Shown here in pieces: positions 1-11,412 of a stretch of DNA of 40,395 bases; the first letter of the stretch is position 1, and each line of letters begins with the position of its first letter. Made by a program: the position numbers and the translations under genes. Location of the stretch: the NCBI RefSeq assembly GCF_001194135.2, contig NC_068990.1, positions 40,914,943 through 40,955,337 on the forward strand, in the 5' to 3' direction. Source of the DNA: Octopus bimaculoides. Its lineage: Eukaryota. The notes under the pieces are model-generated. The model was not told the origin of the DNA. It saw nothing but the letters and a program-made list of their open reading frames with translations, and made no database searches.

Positions 1-38
<38 letters not shown>

Positions 39-227
39 GTTTACAAATATATGAGTGTATGCATACATGCGCACACACACATACATGCACACATGCACGT
101 GTCAAGCTGAGGGAGCTACAGGAGTGACTCAAAGGCATAGAATTTCGTGCTAATCAAATATAAATATCTTGGCATGGGACTCTAGATTTAGAGCCACTAA
201 GTTAGCAATTTCAGCTAATAAACGATT

Positions 228-500
228 TATGTACTTTTTCACTTGTTTCAGTCATTTGACTCTGACCATGCTGGAGCACCGCTTTTTAGTCGAGCTAATC
301 GACCCCAGGACTTATTCTTTGTAAGCATAGTATTTATTCTATCGCTTTCTTTTACCGCACCGTTGGTCAGTTAAGAAGTTGACATCGCAACGAAAAAATC
401 ACTTATTCGATCCCATNNNNNNNNNNGCTGTGGGACTGAACCCGGAACCATGTGGTTCGTAAGCAAGCTACTTACCACACAGCCACTCGTACGCCTATGC
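228..500 (-). mobile_element. SINE family C copy, broken by a 10-N gap (3' half at 228-345, tRNA-like head at 427-500)
   Basis: Reverse complement of the head (GTGGCTGTGTGGTAAG...GGGTTCAGTCCC) and 3' half (GGTGCTCCAGCATGG...TGACTGAAACAAGT) seen intact at 39386-39791. Confidence 0.75.
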
Positions 501-509
501 ATATATAGT

Positions 510-650
510 CTTTTGCTCTTTTTTACTTTTATTTGTTTCAGTCATTTGACTTCGGCCATGCTGGAGCACCGCCTTTAGCCGAACAAATTGACCCCAGGAC
601 TTATTCTTTGTAAGCATAGTATTTATTCTATCGCTTTCTTTTACCGCACC
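510..650 (-). mobile_element. SINE family C, 3' half only
   Basis: TTTGTTTCAGTCATTTGACTTCGGCCATGCTGGAGCACCGCCTTTAG...GACCCCAGGACTTATTC matches the family C 3' half. Confidence 0.8.
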
Positions 651-705
651 GTTGGTCAGTTAAGAAGTTGACATCGCAACGAAAAAATCACTTATTCGAT
701 CCCAT

Positions 706-957
706 TGCCTGGCACATTGGTCAAGTGAGTTTTCTTTAGCCCCGTCACAATCGTAGGTAGGGAGCAACTATCTAGGCTGTCATCAGATGGAATGTACTTG
801 TAATTCGAAGGTGCATTTCTGTCACCCCGTACTGTGGTGGATCAGCCAGAGAAATTTAAAATGGTGCATGTGACTGAAGAACATTCGATCAGTTCGCGCG
901 CTAATTCAATTAGGTTTTTCAATTGATCGAAATTCTGAACACTCGAACGTAAACCGT
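706..957 (+). mobile_element. Old, degraded SINE related to the family A/D shared 3' body
   Basis: GTAATTCGAAGG, GATCAGCCAGAGAA and TTGATCGAAATTCTGAACACTCG resemble the shared A/D body in the same order; very diverged. Confidence 0.4.
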
Positions 958-991
958 ATGTATGTCTGTATGTATGTGTGTGTGCGTATAC

Positions 992-1031
<40 letters not shown>

Positions 1032-1123
1032 TACAGTTCTATATTTAAGAGATGAGGTTATTTATATTATTTACATTTGGCGGATATTTGTCCTCAGCTT
1101 GTTTGTTGTTGACACAACATTTC

Positions 1124-1981
1124 NNNNNNNNNNNNNNNNNNNNNNNNNNNNNNNNNNNNNNNNNNNNNNNNNNNNNNNNNNNNNNNNNNNNNNNNNNNNN
1201 NNNNNNNNNNNNNNNNNNNNNNNNNNNNNNNNNNNNNNNNNNNNNNNNNNNNNNNNNNNNNNNNNNNNNNNNNNNNNNNNNNNNNNNNNNNNNNNNNNNN
1301 NNNNNNNNNNNNNNNNNNNNNNNNNNNNNNNNNNNNNNNNNNNNNNNNNNNNNNNNNNNNNNNNNNNNNNNNNNNNNNNNNNNNNNNNNNNNNNNNNNNN
1401 NNNNNNNNNNNNNNNNNNNNNNNNNNNNNNNNNNNNNNNNNNNNNNNNNNNNNNNNNNNNNNNNNNNNNNNNNNNNNNNNNNNNNNNNNNNNNNNNNNNN
1501 NNNNNNNNNNNNNNNNNNNNNNNNNNNNNNNNNNNNNNNNNNNNNNNNNNNNNNNNNNNNNNNNNNNNNNNNNNNNNNNNNNNNNNNNNNNNNNNNNNNN
1601 NNNNNNNNNNNNNNNNNNNNNNNNNNNNNNNNNNNNNNNNNNNNNNNNNNNNNNNNNNNNNNNNNNNNNNNNNNNNNNNNNNNNNNNNNNNNNNNNNNNN
1701 NNNNNNNNNNNNNNNNNNNNNNNNNNNNNNNNNNNNNNNNNNNNNNNNNNNNNNNNNNNNNNNNNNNNNNNNNNNNNNNNNNNNNNNNNNNNNNNNNNNN
1801 NNNNNNNNNNNNNNNNNNNNNNNNNNNNNNNNNNNNNNNNNNNNNNNNNNNNNNNNNNNNNNNNNNNNNNNNNNNNNNNNNNNNNNNNNNNNNNNNNNNN
1901 NNNNNNNNNNNNNNNNNNNNNNNNNNNNNNNNNNNNNNNNNNNNNNNNNNNNNNNNNNNNNNNNNNNNNNNNNNNNNNNNN
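1124..1981. other. Assembly gap (largest; others at 3288-3464, 5816-6454, 7777-7891, 13077-13220; 10-N gaps at 417, 5098, 7225, 10316, 19939)
   Basis: Runs of N, mostly flanked by microsatellites. Confidence 0.98.
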
Positions 1982-2713
1982 TGTGTGTGTGCGTGTGTGT
2001 GTGTGTGTGTGTATCTGTATGTATATGTGTATGTGTTTGTGTGTGTGTCTGAAACAAGGTGAAATGAAGGGTGTACTCAACGACAGAAATTGAATTTTAA
2101 GCCATTAGGCCAGTCGAATTCATATATCTATCCATAACAGCCTCACATATATGACACGTGCATATTTGTGTGAGTGTGTTTGTGTTTGTGTATACTGCTA
2201 AGTCTGTGTTTGTGTGTGTGTGTGTGTGTGTATGTGTGTCTGTGTACACAAGTGTCTGTGTACACAAGTACACAAGTGCTTATGTTCAAGTAAATCAATG
2301 TATCTGTATACTTGTTTGTGAGTGTGTGCGTGTGTGCATAATTGTGTTGTGTGTGTGTGAAATATAGTATGTCTATATAATATACATGGAACCGGTCAAC
2401 AATGAAGAATAGAAATACGCTAATGGTTTTCTATAATCTATTCATCGTATAATCCTCTACTCTGCAGTGGCAATACAAATATGAGAAATTTAACTATTTC
2501 TTCGTAAACTGAAACAAATAACGAACGACTTAAATCGATTTTCGATCCTTACTGGGATTGCATTAGAGGTGTTTATATCGCTTGAACAATCGTAGAGGAA
2601 CAATTAGGCTATCAGTTTATATATTCATCAAAACTAGTTGTTCTAGAGAACCGAGGCTACTAATTTGCATACTGTAAGTGCTTAAAATTTGATTCAAATA
2701 TCAGAGATCTGTC

Positions 2714-2906
2714 AAGGCGGTGAGCTGGCAGAATAGTTTGGACACCGGGCAAAATACATTTTGAGTTCAAGAAACGTTCTGAGTCGAGGTCGACTTTGCT
2801 TCTCATTCTTTCGGGGTCGATGAAATAAGTACCAGTTGGGTCCATGTCATTGACTCAATCCCTCGCCTGAAATCGCTGGCCTTGTGCCAAAATTTGAAAT
2901 CAATAT
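2714..2906 (+). mobile_element. SINE family B copy (tRNA-derived)
   Basis: AAGGCGGTGAGCTGGCAGAAT head, GAGGTCGACTTTGC...TTTCGGGGTCGATGAAATAAGTACCAG core, GCTGGCCTTGTGCCAAAATTTGAAATCAATAT end; recurs >15 times in the window. Confidence 0.85.
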
Positions 2907-3044
2907 CAGAGGCCTGTCAACGTGGAGTTTACAAAGGTTCAAGTTAAGATACGATATGTGTAAATCAAGATTGTGAACATACGTACATGTCAAATTTACT
3001 TCTCGTAGACGGAAAAAAATGATGAATGGCTTTGAAAAACACAC

Positions 3045-3213
3045 ACAAACGTTCTGAGTTCAAATTCCGCCGAGGTCGACTTTGCATTTCATCATTTCGG
3101 GGTCGATTAAATAAGTACCAGTTACGCACTGTGGTCGATATAATCGACTTAACCCGTTTGTCTGTCCTTGTTTGTCCCCTTTGTGTGTAGCCCCTTGTGG
3201 GTAGTAAAGAAAT
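3045..3213 (+). mobile_element. SINE family B, 5'-truncated, variant 3' end
   Basis: GTTCTGAGTTCAAATTCCGCCGAGGTCGACTTTGC...GGGGTCGATTAAATAAGTACCAG, then TTGTTTGTCCCC...GTAGCCCCTTGTGGG. Confidence 0.8.
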
Positions 3214-3248
3214 AACACACACACACAAACACACACAAACACACACAA

Positions 3249-3281
<33 letters not shown>

Positions 3282-3464
3282 AACACANNNNNNNNNNNNN
3301 NNNNNNNNNNNNNNNNNNNNNNNNNNNNNNNNNNNNNNNNNNNNNNNNNNNNNNNNNNNNNNNNNNNNNNNNNNNNNNNNNNNNNNNNNNNNNNNNNNNN
3401 NNNNNNNNNNNNNNNNNNNNNNNNNNNNNNNNNNNNNNNNNNNNNNNNNNNNNNNNNNNNNNNN

Positions 3465-3547
<83 letters not shown>

Positions 3548-4059
3548 GATGTATATATATATATATATATAATTAATGAAATATATGCATGTGTATATAT
3601 ATATTTCATTTATCATGTAAGTCTGTTTGAGAGTATGAGAATGTATTTGTGAATGCAGGTGAGTGTGTATGTGTGTTTGTTTGTGTGTGTGATTGTACGT
3701 GCGTGCGTGCGCGTGCGTGCGTGCGCGTATGTGTGCGCGCATGCGTGTATGTACGCACGCACTACTGAGCGTGACTATGCGCTTGAGAATGGCACAATGG
3801 GCTTGGGAAATGGAAATATCATGGTAATAGATGAAGTATGAATGCAGAACAGTGAAATACAAGAAAGAATAAAAAAGTTAAAATGTCTTACTATTAGATG
3901 GTGATATTATGTCGCATAGGTAAGGCGGCAATTTGCTGGTTTTCTGCCAAATTTGAATCTTTCATTGTACTGCTCGAGTACACTTTGTGTTTTGGCGTTG
4001 ATAGAATAATGTACCAGTCAAGTACTTGCGTCAACGTAGCATTTGTATATATGTGGTGA

Positions 4060-4257
4060 GGTGTGTGTGCGTGTGTGTGTGTGTGTTTGTTTTCATCACC
4101 ACTTGACGACCTCTGTTGGTTTGTTTATGTCTATGTAAATTATCGGTTCAGCAAAAAGAGATAGAATAAGTACTGGAATCAACTTTATCGACTAAAATAT
4201 TTAATGCCCTGCCTCAGCATGGCAGCAGCCCAATGAGTGAAAGAAAGAAATAAAAGG
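4060..4257 (+). mobile_element. Degraded SINE family C 3' half, preceded by (TG)n
   Basis: CGGTTCAGCAAAAAGAGATAGAATAAGTACT...CAGCATGGCAGCAGCCCAATGAGTGAAA. Confidence 0.65.
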
Positions 4258-4323
4258 CACCGATCTTTATTGATGAGAAGTCAACAGATTTTGTCTCGTT
4301 ATACATTTTTTTCATCCCACGCC

Positions 4324-4410
4324 ATGTTGTTGGACAAATTGAAAAAGTTCAAAACGATTGTAATTTTATTAAGCATTGCAATTTGCTGGATCTTTTTCCA
4401 TTGCATATAG
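4324..4410 (+). CDS. Candidate 28-aa single-pass smORF MLLDKLKKFKTIVILLSIAICWIFFHCI (unvalidated)
   Basis: My translation; GCCATG start context; basic N-terminus followed by a hydrophobic stretch. Such ORFs arise by chance in AT-rich DNA. Confidence 0.12.
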   Translation: MLLDKLKKFKTIVILLSIAICWIFFHCI

Positions 4411-4648
4411 TCCTTTTCGATGTGACGACTAGGTTATGCTGAAGGGGGCCTGCGTGTTTATAAGACAAACTGATTCAAACTACACATCGTTGAAGTCTAC
4501 GTCTTTTACATTAAGCCAGTGCATTCTCTTCTGTGATCCTTGTTTTACCGGGGTTTTCTTTGGTATATTTGTGTCTGTGAAGTTGACACGTTGTTCCATT
4601 TATATCAGTTTTACCTGGAGATGATCCGGTTATTATACTTGCCTATTA

Positions 4649-4789
4649 ATGACATACGAGCTTCTGGTAAGCTTAGTTTGGGACACAGGTCTGATTACAG
4701 TAATTCCCAGTCACTCCATGTACGAGCGATTTTTGTCAAAACCAACAGAATTGCAGACAATTTATAAACATTTACATCATGACGAAGAG
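4649..4789 (+). CDS. Candidate coding exon MTYELLVSLVWDTGLITVIPSHSMYERFLSKPTELQTIYKHLHHDEE ending at a phase-0 donor (unvalidated)
   Basis: Frame open 4625-4789, ending GAG|GTAAGA; repeat-free region. No convincing acceptor and no recognised homology. Confidence 0.2.
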
Positions 4790-4856
4790 GTAAGATGAAA
4801 AATGTGTTTTGATGTCACAATAGCGATAGGAAGCAAGTATTAATATACATATATTA

Positions 4857-4995
4857 AAGGCGGTGAGCTGGCAAAAACGTTAGCACACCGGTCGAAATGC
4901 ATAGCGCTATTTCATCTGTCTTTATGTTCTGAGTTCAAATTCCGCCGAGGTTGACTTTGCGTTTCATCCTTTCAGGGTCGATAAATTGAGTTGTA
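4857..4995 (+). mobile_element. SINE family B copy, 3'-truncated into (TA)n
   Basis: A-box-like TGGCAAAAACGTTAG, B-box-like GAGTTCAAATTCC, core GAGGTTGACTTTGC. Confidence 0.85.
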
Positions 4996-5107
4996 CACTA
5001 TATATATATATATATATAATATATTTATATTATATATTATATATTCCATATTCTATATCCCACATTAATTTTACAAGAATATAAATAAAAAAACATANNN
5101 NNNNNNN

Positions 5108-5149
<42 letters not shown>

Positions 5150-5173
5150 ATGTATATATGTACATATATTGTT

Positions 5174-5381
5174 AAGGCGGCGAGCTGGCAGAATCGTTAG
5201 CACACCGGACAAAATCCTTAGAAGGATTTCGTCCGTCTTTACGTCCTGAGTTCAAATTCTGTATAGGTCGACTTTCCCTTTCATCCTTTCGGGGTCGTTA
5301 AAATAAGTACCAGCTGAGCACTGGAGTCGATGTAATCGATTGACTCCCTACCCCGATCTCTCTGGCCTTGTACCAAAATTA
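5174..5381 (+). mobile_element. SINE family B, near full length
   Basis: Head, core and GGCCTTGTACCAAAATT end all present. Confidence 0.88.
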
Positions 5382-5727
5382 TTATACATATTGTTTAATT
5401 GACTTCGGGAATGAATACTATATTAAATCTTTTTTGCATTGGTAGAATTTAGTGGGCATCCAACTAAATTTAGCTCCGATTGCTACAAAACACATTTTCC
5501 TGTTCCCTAGCGTTCTTAAAAAAGATATGGTTGTCACAGCTGTCACTTATTTCTATTCTAGAAATATGGCCGAACACACTATGTGTATGCGAAGCAGAAA
5601 ACATAGAGAATGCTGTCTTTCATTCTACATATTTAACCTTTACCTGTCTGCTATTCTATCTCTTCTCGTTCAGCAACCCTCCATCCATACAGCAACACCC
5701 GCACACATTTCATAAATTATAAATACG

Positions 5728-5774
<47 letters not shown>

Positions 5775-7234
5775 ATGTGTGTGTATGTGTATGTGCGTAT
5801 TTATATATATATATANNNNNNNNNNNNNNNNNNNNNNNNNNNNNNNNNNNNNNNNNNNNNNNNNNNNNNNNNNNNNNNNNNNNNNNNNNNNNNNNNNNNN
5901 NNNNNNNNNNNNNNNNNNNNNNNNNNNNNNNNNNNNNNNNNNNNNNNNNNNNNNNNNNNNNNNNNNNNNNNNNNNNNNNNNNNNNNNNNNNNNNNNNNNN
6001 NNNNNNNNNNNNNNNNNNNNNNNNNNNNNNNNNNNNNNNNNNNNNNNNNNNNNNNNNNNNNNNNNNNNNNNNNNNNNNNNNNNNNNNNNNNNNNNNNNNN
6101 NNNNNNNNNNNNNNNNNNNNNNNNNNNNNNNNNNNNNNNNNNNNNNNNNNNNNNNNNNNNNNNNNNNNNNNNNNNNNNNNNNNNNNNNNNNNNNNNNNNN
6201 NNNNNNNNNNNNNNNNNNNNNNNNNNNNNNNNNNNNNNNNNNNNNNNNNNNNNNNNNNNNNNNNNNNNNNNNNNNNNNNNNNNNNNNNNNNNNNNNNNNN
6301 NNNNNNNNNNNNNNNNNNNNNNNNNNNNNNNNNNNNNNNNNNNNNNNNNNNNNNNNNNNNNNNNNNNNNNNNNNNNNNNNNNNNNNNNNNNNNNNNNNNN
6401 NNNNNNNNNNNNNNNNNNNNNNNNNNNNNNNNNNNNNNNNNNNNNNNNNNNNNNATGTCTATATATATACTCATATATAAACATATATATGTATTTTTGT
6501 GTATACATAAGTATGTAAGTATGCATGTGTAAATACAAGTATATATCGCTCTCCCCTTCTCTCTCTCACTCCACACATACGCGCGTGAGCATATATATGT
6601 ATAAGCATATGAATGTGTATGTGCATGTATGTATATGTGCACATATATATTTGAGTACGTTTGTAAGGATGCTTTGAATACAGAAAAACACACAGAGCAC
6701 GCGAGCATACATACATATACGTGTATTTTCTTACTGGGTCTCTATTTGTCTCCTGCATTCCCACCTCGACACACTCATACACACATACACATGCACACAT
6801 ATACACAAATATCCTAATTAGCCATCAACCCGAGGAGGGAGCCTCTATTGTAAAATACAACATTTCACATCACCGCAATTACAATAAGATAACGAACGAA
6901 CGTTAGCGCAGATTTTTGAACTATGCAGAGAACAATCTTTGGATTACACAGCAAAGAAAAGAATTATCTATCAGAAAAAAAACACCCTCTTTTAAATCTC
7001 TTCCTCATTTATTCGACAATTTAGGAGGAATTTTTCCCGTTAATTAAAATTTGTGTCAGGTTTAAACATTTGCTTGACGTATTTTTTTCAATTATATTTC
7101 AATTTTTTTTTTAGTTCTTTTGAAGATTGTAATCATTTTGCGTTCCTCTGATATTTTGTTTCATAGGCCTGAGAAAATAGGTATCTATCTATCTATCTAT
7201 TCATACATATATGTATTTACATATNNNNNNNNNN

Positions 7235-7288
<54 letters not shown>

Positions 7289-7638
7289 AGTGTGTGTGTG
7301 TATGTATGTATATATGTATATATGTATATATGTGTGTGTATACCTGCGCTCACACGCACATACATGAACATGAATATGTTTATATATACTTATGAATAAC
7401 AATTTACACTTACACATTTATATATACGTACGCACATACATTCACCACACAGATCATATGTGTAGTATGTAAATATATATGTATATTCATTCGTACACGT
7501 CAATATATGTAGGCACTCTGTATATATATGCTGAAATTAGTAAATATACATGTAGGATATTATATATTCCTACATATTTAATGAGATACATATTTTTGAT
7601 ACAGTAGGATACACACATACATGCATTTTTACCTAGTC

Positions 7639-7696
<58 letters not shown>
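7639..7696. repeat. (TATC)n microsatellite
   Basis: Direct reading. Confidence 0.97.
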
Positions 7697-8369
7697 TAGG
7701 ATACGTTAGGTCATGTAAATAGGTATATATATTAGGCTGGAAATATCGTTTCTACGATCTTAGTGGCAATTTACAANNNNNNNNNNNNNNNNNNNNNNNN
7801 NNNNNNNNNNNNNNNNNNNNNNNNNNNNNNNNNNNNNNNNNNNNNNNNNNNNNNNNNNNNNNNNNNNNNNNNNNNNNNNNNNNNNNNNNNNATATATATA
7901 TATATATATATATACATACATACATATGCATGTATATGTGTTTCTATGTGCGTATCTATGTGTTTCCATGTATTAATGTAAGTATGCATGATTATGCATA
8001 TATACATAAACACTTACACGCACATATATATATGAATGCAAGTATGTATGTATGTATGTATGTATCTATGTATGTATATAACTACACAAATACAAGTCAT
8101 ATACCACTACTATATTTATTTTCAATGACAACATGAAATTTCACAGATCACGTTGCACTTTTTCAGAAGGAAATCACTTTGTTGATTTCATCAGTAGATA
8201 AATTCAGTCTAATCACAGCATTTTGTAATATTCCAAACCTGGAACCAGTTTTTGAAATTGCTTAAATGCTATAATTATTTTCTGCTTTTACTCGCAGTAT
8301 TATTAGTGTTGCTGATATTGTTGCTGCTGTGTCTAATTTAGACAGAACTACCCTGCACTTTTGAGGAGA

Positions 8370-8745
8370 AGAGCCGAATAGATTTCATCGACCCAAGTAC
8401 TTCATTGCTACTTTATTTTATCGACTTCAGTTGGGATAAAAGACAACGGCGGCTTTGGTGGGATCTGAATTCAGAACGTAAAATAATCGGAAGAAATACA
8501 GCAATTGCCACGCTCTATTAATTCTAATTAAATTAGTGACATAAGCACAAAGACAGAAAATTTCAGCGAAAGGGAACAATCGACCGATGCACACCAGTAT
8601 TTGAGCAGCAATTTACTTCATCGAACGAGGAAGGAGTAATGGTGAAGTTACCTTTGTGGAATACGTACCCAGAACCTAAAGAGCCAGAGCAAATACCGCA
8701 AATCATTTAGCTCGACATTCTAAAGATTCTGCTAATCCTTCGTCA
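8370..8745 (-). mobile_element. Two degraded family B copies in tandem (about 8370-8520 and 8540-8745)
   Basis: TTTATTTTATCGAC, TGAATTCAGAACGTAAA, CCCAGAACCTAAAGA and GATTCTGCTAAT match the reverse complement of the B consensus. Confidence 0.55.
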
Positions 8746-10002
8746 TCAAAGTGCATAGATCTTGAAATCGAAATGAGCAGAATTTGGGAATGAGGAAGCA
8801 ATAATATTGCAGTAAATTATACGTACAATAATATTTGCAATTCTAGGTTTCATAAACAAATGAAATATTAACAAAACTATGTAAAGCCTTCAAGCGGTGA
8901 AAGTATTAAGGACCGTCCGAAAGACAGTCCGACAAGGCTCAACCAAGTTCTTATGGAAAATATTTTCAATTCAACAGAGCAATACAAATGTAAAACACTG
9001 TACATGATAGCTAACTCTATAGAAGCACAACCCTGTAAAATAACACAAATTACACAACACATACTCTAGAGGATCATCACCAGGCAACATAAGAAAGCAC
9101 CCAAGGAAACTACCCAAGTACAATCCCTGTTTGTCGCACTAAACCAATCATACAACTCGTCCAAAACACAAATACTACCTAACAACTCATACAACTCGTG
9201 CTCTACAGAAAAAGTTTTAAACGGTTATTAAAAACAACAAATGCTCTGCAGAATCATCACCTGTTAAAATAACATTTATACATAATCGATACCTGATACT
9301 ATAGTGCAAACACCACGTCCGACTCATATTTTAAGCAGCTGCCGCCTATTAACACAACTGATCACATAGCACGTACAAAACACAAACAGGAATCAAGAAA
9401 ATAACATAATTCACACACAACACATTTCACAACAAACAAAATAGTAAAATAACGCCAGAAACCACAAACCAAATCACACACAAAAGCAAAACTGATAAAG
9501 TATACAAACACAAATCAACACAGAAAAAAGAAAAAAAAGAAAAAAGGAAAGCAAAATAAGAAAAAGATCCTCAGACCTAATCCTTGTGCACATGCACTGC
9601 AGAACACGGAAGTACACCCGGTCGTAATGAAGACCATGGTAAAAATGTTGAAAAAAAAAAAAATGATAAATAACACTAATAACAAAACCAACGAAGTAAT
9701 AAGAACTACAATAATTAACTCTATTAAAACGTCTGATTAGCAACTTTGCTTTAAAAAGGAGCAATTTTAAGAAATGAATTTCAAAATGAAAGAACATAAA
9801 ATTTATCAATATTTGTTCAACAAGTGAGATTTGTATCACGTGCAACAGTTTAAAGAATGACGCTGTGAATGCTTTATTTCAATGTTGTTGGGTTGTGATT
9901 CAGTTGGTTATAGAATTGTTGCTGAACTGCTCTTAATGATGTAAATAAGGAGTACTTATTAGGAAAATTTCATAAGAAATTATTGACATGGCACAGGTAT
10001 GG

Positions 10003-10177
10003 CTGTATGGTTAAACGCAGGCTGTACAACCACGTGAATGTGACCTCAGTTCCTGCATGGTGTTTGGGCAAGAATTCTATTATGGACCTGGGTCTCTGAG
10101 TGAAGTGAGTGAATTTCGTAGGTGCAAATTTTGAGGAGGTCCGTCGTACATGTGCACGCGCACGTGTATATTTATGT

Positions 10178-10220
<43 letters not shown>

Positions 10221-10285
10221 TATTTGTGTTTGTCTCGCTTGAAATCAGTGTTGGTTTGGCAAAAGATGCGGATAGAATTAGTAAA
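10003..10285 (+). mobile_element. Old family C copy with internal (TG)n
   Basis: GGTATGGCTGTATGGTT...TTTGGGCAAG...GGTCCGTCGTAC, (TG)n, then TTTGTCTCGCTTGAAATCAGTGTTGG...GATAGAATTAG. Confidence 0.6.
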
Positions 10286-10289
10286 ATAT

Positions 10290-10490
10290 ATAACAATGTA
10301 TACGACGGGCTTCTTNNNNNNNNNNAATATATAACAATGTATACGACGGGCTTCTTTCAGTTTCCGCCTGCCAAATCCACTCACAAGGCTTTGGTCAGCC
10401 CGAGGCTATGGTAGAAGACACTTGCCCAAGGTTCCACGCTGTGGGAGTGAACTCGGAACCATGTGGTTTGGAAGCAAACTTCTTACCACA
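10290..10490 (-). mobile_element. Family C 5' half (head plus CORE-like segment)
   Basis: ATACGACGGGCTTCTTTCAGTTTCCG...CACTTGCCCAAGG...GGAACCATGTGG...CTTACCACA. Confidence 0.88.
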
Positions 10491-11306
10491 GAAAAAAAAT
10501 ACTTGAATATATTTATTTTGTGAGTTAAAGAAATGTACATCGTGTGACAAATCTAGTTCATCTGTTACACTTTTCGGTGGTTGCAACAGCAACGAATGCT
10601 TTCTTCGCCTATATGATGGAATTTGCATAGTTTAAGTTTTTTAATTTTATATTTTCGTTTTCATATTTAATAACGAAAACTGTTTACAATTATATTGGCA
10701 ATATAAAAAAAAATACCAACACTTAACATTCAATAATAAATATATAAATGAATTTTATTGCAATATTATTAATATATCTTAACTAAATTTAAATAAATTG
10801 CAATGAAAGATGTCTGCAATTTTAGTATTGATAATGAAGATATTGTTTCTTTGGTCAAGTCGAGTTACGTGCTTGAATATGTAGCACGTTAAAGATATTG
10901 TTTAATGTTAGTCGGACAATTCTTATGTATGGAAAAAACACCCAGGCCAGAATGTCGTTCTCAATAGGGAGTTACTCCCTGGCGCTAATTGTAGCACTTG
11001 GAGAAATTGTCTTCGGTGACTAAGTAATATTTTTGCCTCTCAGGTTGAGTAATACCAATATTTAGCACTTTTTATTTTGGCATAGCTTACAACGTTAGAC
11101 AGTTGAAATACGGAGGGGTGTTAACGACGATGTCTTATGTCATGGTGCACGCTCTGATTCACGGTCCCTGAGTTTCCAGATAGCTTGGAACAAAGAAGTA
11201 GAGATATAACAGACGTATAGGTTTTTTTAGAACCTTCTAACGGAAAGATTCTACTCAGTTGGCATGACTAAGATGACTAAGGAGTAATCAATACCCATAC
11301 ACACAC

Positions 11307-11367
<61 letters not shown>

Positions 11368-11412
11368 ACTATCTATCTATCTATCTATCTATTTGTCTGT
11401 CTGTCTATCTAT
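11307..11412. repeat. (TATC)n/(TGTC)n microsatellite
   Basis: Direct reading. Confidence 0.97.

Noticed and set aside
301-705. Exact 116-bp duplication (301-416 = 590-705)
   Set aside because: First copy ends at a 10-N gap; flank duplication also occurs at the 10316 and 19939 gaps, indicating contig-overlap artefacts rather than biology.
958-7981. Long ORFs of 150-364 aa in the ORF track
   Set aside because: They run through N gaps and dinucleotide repeats (poly-X, YIYI, CVCV, HTHT).
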